Source of the DNA: Tubulanus polymorphus | Lineage: Eukaryota; Animalia; Nemertea | NCBI RefSeq assembly: GCF_964204645.1 | Contig: NC_134030.1 | Coordinates: 1-64,000, forward strand | Length of the DNA: 64,000 nt | Direction: 5' to 3' | Shown: positions 61,414 through 64,000 of the stretch, piece after piece | Position numbering within the stretch: position 1 is the first letter of the stretch | Layout of the letters: each line of letters begins with the position of its first letter | Notes under the pieces: generated by a model | Database searches by the model: none | Told to the model about the DNA's origin: nothing | The model's input: only the letters and a program-made list of their open reading frames with translations | Made by a program: the position numbers and the translations under genes

Positions 61414-61846
61414 ATGTTTCCCATCAATCTGTTCGTTTATTCTTGCTTTTTGTGGCTTTTTTATAGTATATTCTATTTCAGCATGTTCAGTAGTATTTAA
61501 CGCATGACGTTTATTTGAATCTGAATAAATTTTTTATATTTCTATAGTAATAGATACAGCACTAATATTCTAATACATGCATGGACAATATTAACTGAAT
61601 AGAGCACTACATTTATTACCGCAATATATCAATTAGATAAGCATGTGATAATACAGGGTTATGGTAAGCATGTATAACTAGAGGGGTAAGCTGATATACA
61701 CGTATACTGATAAGTTGCTATTATTTCCACTATGTTTAGCTTAGAGATGGACTTCACGTTAAACACATCGGGTTTGGACTAAATATGGTAAATCTACGGT
61801 GGCTTTGATATGTTTATTACACTATAGATGGCGCTGTGTGAAATCA

Positions 61847-62416
61847 CTGAGTATCTGAGATGTCTATCAGTGACAGTATCTGGTAGACATCAGGGTTAGA
61901 TGTAAACATGCTGAGTATCTGAGATGTCTATCAGTGACAGTATCTGACAGACATCAGGGTTAGATGTAAACATGCTGAGTATCTGAGATGTCTATCAGTG
62001 ACAGTATCTGGTAGACATCAGGGTTAGATGTAAACATGCTGAGTATCTGAGATGTCTATCAGTGACAGTATCTGGTAGACATCAGGGTTAGATGTAAACA
62101 TGCTGAGTATCTGAGATGTCTATCAGTGACAGTATCTGGTAGACATCAGGGTTAGATGTAAACATGTTGAGTATCTGAGATGTCTATCAGTGACAGTATC
62201 TGGTAGACATCAGGGTTAGATGTAAACATGTTGAGTATCTGAGATGTCTATCAGTGACAGTATCTGGTAGACATCAGGGTTAGATGTAAACATGCTGAGT
62301 ATCTGAGATGTCTATCAGTGACAGTATCTGGTAGACATCAGGGTTAGATGTAAACATGCTGAGTATCTGAGATGTCTATCAGTGACAGTATCTGACAGAC
62401 ATCAGGGTTAGATGTA
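61847..62416. repeat. 64-bp minisatellite
   Basis: ctgagtatctgagatgtctatcagtgacagtatctggtagacatcagggttagatgtaaacatg x~9. Confidence 0.95.
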
Positions 62417-62448
62417 TATATATATATATATATGTTGTTTGTTTTAAG

Positions 62449-62490
62449 GGTGTTGATGTAAATCACGATGATACAGAAAGTCAACACGTT
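62449..62490 (+). CDS. Small acidic linker exon (phase 0-0)
   Basis: gttttaag|GVDVNHDDTESQHV|GTAAGT. Confidence 0.65.
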
Positions 62491-62566
62491 GTAAGTGTTC
62501 ATTCAATAGTTACATTCACCATTCATCTCAACTGTCATCAATTCAATCAATGTTGTTTAATGTTAG

Positions 62567-62677
62567 GCCGAAGATACACCTGCAGCTGATGAGACACCTG
62601 CAGCTGAAGAGACACCTGTAGGTGAAGCCGCACCTGTAGTTGCCGATGATGCAGCTGCTGCTGAAGATGATGAGGAA
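62567..62677 (+). CDS. Acidic Ala/Glu linker exon (phase 0-0)
   Basis: AEDTPAADETPAAEETPVGEAAPVVADDAAAAEDDEE; ttag...GTGAGT. Confidence 0.8.
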
Positions 62678-62928
62678 GTGAGTGTTGTACCACCGGACAC
62701 TTTTGTACCATAAAACCTGCATCCTTCTCCACCGCACCTGAATATCATATAACACCTGCATTTCATTTAGCATGTAATTGTAGCTGCATGTAATTGTAGC
62801 TGCATGTAATTGTAGCTGCATGTCATTAGCTGTGTTATATATATTCTGACACTCCTATAACGATGTACTGGTTTTGATTTAAGTTACATCCTGTACATGT
62901 TCATACCAGTAATCATACTGAAGAGTAA

Positions 62929-63560
62929 TGTACCTGTCTGTGTCTGTCTGTGTCTGTCTGAACCTGTCAGTCTGTCTGTCTGTACCTGTCTGTATCTGTG
63001 TCTGTCTGAACCTGTCTGTCTGTGTCTGTCTGAACCTGTCTGTCTGTTTGACTGTCTGTCTGTCTGTGTCTGTCTGTCTGTCTGTCTGTCTACCTGTCTG
63101 TATCTGTGTCTGTCTGAACCTGTCTGTGTCTGTCTGAACCTGTCTGTATCTGTGTCTGCATCTGTTTGTATCTGTTTGTACCTGTCTGTACCTGTCTGTA
63201 CCTGTCTGTATCTGTCTGTACCTGTCTGTATCTGTCTGTATCTGTGTCTGTACCTGTCTGTATCTGTCTGTACCTGTCTGTATCTGTCTGTATCTGTGTC
63301 TGTACCTGTCTGTATCTGTCTGTACCTGTCTGTATCTGTCTGTATCTGTGTTTGTACCTGTCTGTACCTGTCTGTATCTGTGTCTGTACCTGTCTGTATC
63401 TGTCTGTATCTGTGTTTGTACCTGTCTGTATCTGTGTCTGTACCTGTCTGTATCTGTGTCTGTACCTGTCTGTACCTGTCTGTATCTGTGTCTGTACCTG
63501 TCTGTACCTGTCTGTATCTGTGTCTGTACCTGTCTGTACCTGTCCGTGTCTGTCTGTGTT
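62929..63560. repeat. Degenerate TGTC/TGTA microsatellite
   Basis: tgtctgtacc/tgtctgtatc units. Confidence 0.93.
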
Positions 63561-63719
63561 TTGATATATGCACGTCACACCTCTGTCTTCAGTTAACGAG
63601 ATAAACTTTGTCCATTTCTCATTTGATTTCTATCATAAATTATTTTGTGTGAAAAAAGGAGATGTAATTTACGATTAAAAACTTGCCGAATATTCAATAA
63701 AAACTGTTCAAATTTTCAG

Positions 63720-64000
63720 GCAAAGAAAGCAGCAGCAGCAGCAGCAGCAGCTGCCGGAGAGGAAATAGATATTGATTTGAATGATCCGGAAGTTGAAGCA
63801 GCTGCCGTTAAAATACAAGCAAGTTTTAAAGGATTTAAAACAAGACAAGAACTAAAAGAAGATCAGTCTCGAAAAGGTGAGGAGGAAACAACAAACGATG
63901 AGCAGAAAAATAACGAGGAAGGAGAAGAGGAAATAGATATCGATCTAAATGATCCGGAAGTTCAAAATTCAGCGTTAAAAATACAAGCTAGTTTCCGGGG
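63720..64000 (+). CDS. Exon with at least 2 acidic-IQ motifs, runs off the window
   Basis: ttttcag|AKKAAAAAAAAAGEEIDIDLNDPEVEAAAVKIQASFKGFKTRQELK...EEEIDIDLNDPEVQNSALKIQASFR. Confidence 0.88.

Noticed and set aside
60161-61500. 300-420-aa ORFs
   Set aside because: Products of the 30- and 27-bp arrays

Overview
Repeat-dense genomic DNA from an animal, probably an invertebrate bilaterian (inference from gene content, GT-AG introns and CTCF/RFX-like motifs). Genes that can be assembled by hand: (1) a two-exon GT31 beta-1,3-galactosyltransferase (+, 1494-4893); (2) a 5'-truncated Penelope-like retroelement with GIY-YIG endonuclease (-, ~7210-8030); (3) two paralogous tandem terminal exons encoding transmembrane/Cys-rich tails (+, 16225-16754) whose upstream exons I could not place; (4) LRRC58 (-, 4 exons, 18566-21054), head-to-head with (5) a membrane RING-H2 E3 ligase of the RNF145/RNF139 type (+, 21872-23930); (6) a large Sp17/SPA17-like locus (+, 26173 to beyond 64000). 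That locus has an RIIa docking-domain exon, a candidate alternative lipid-anchor first exon (MGNSC...), and at least 13 acidic-IQ (PEP-19/neurogranin-like) motifs, mostly one per phase-0 exon. Its 18-kb first coding intron holds (7) a same-strand 656-aa acidic MGC-start ORF flanked by clusters of CTCF-like motifs. More than 30 unrelated minisatellite arrays fill the introns and intergenic DNA, several amplified directly from splice sites or a stop codon. Most long ORFs in the supplied track are by-products of these repeats.
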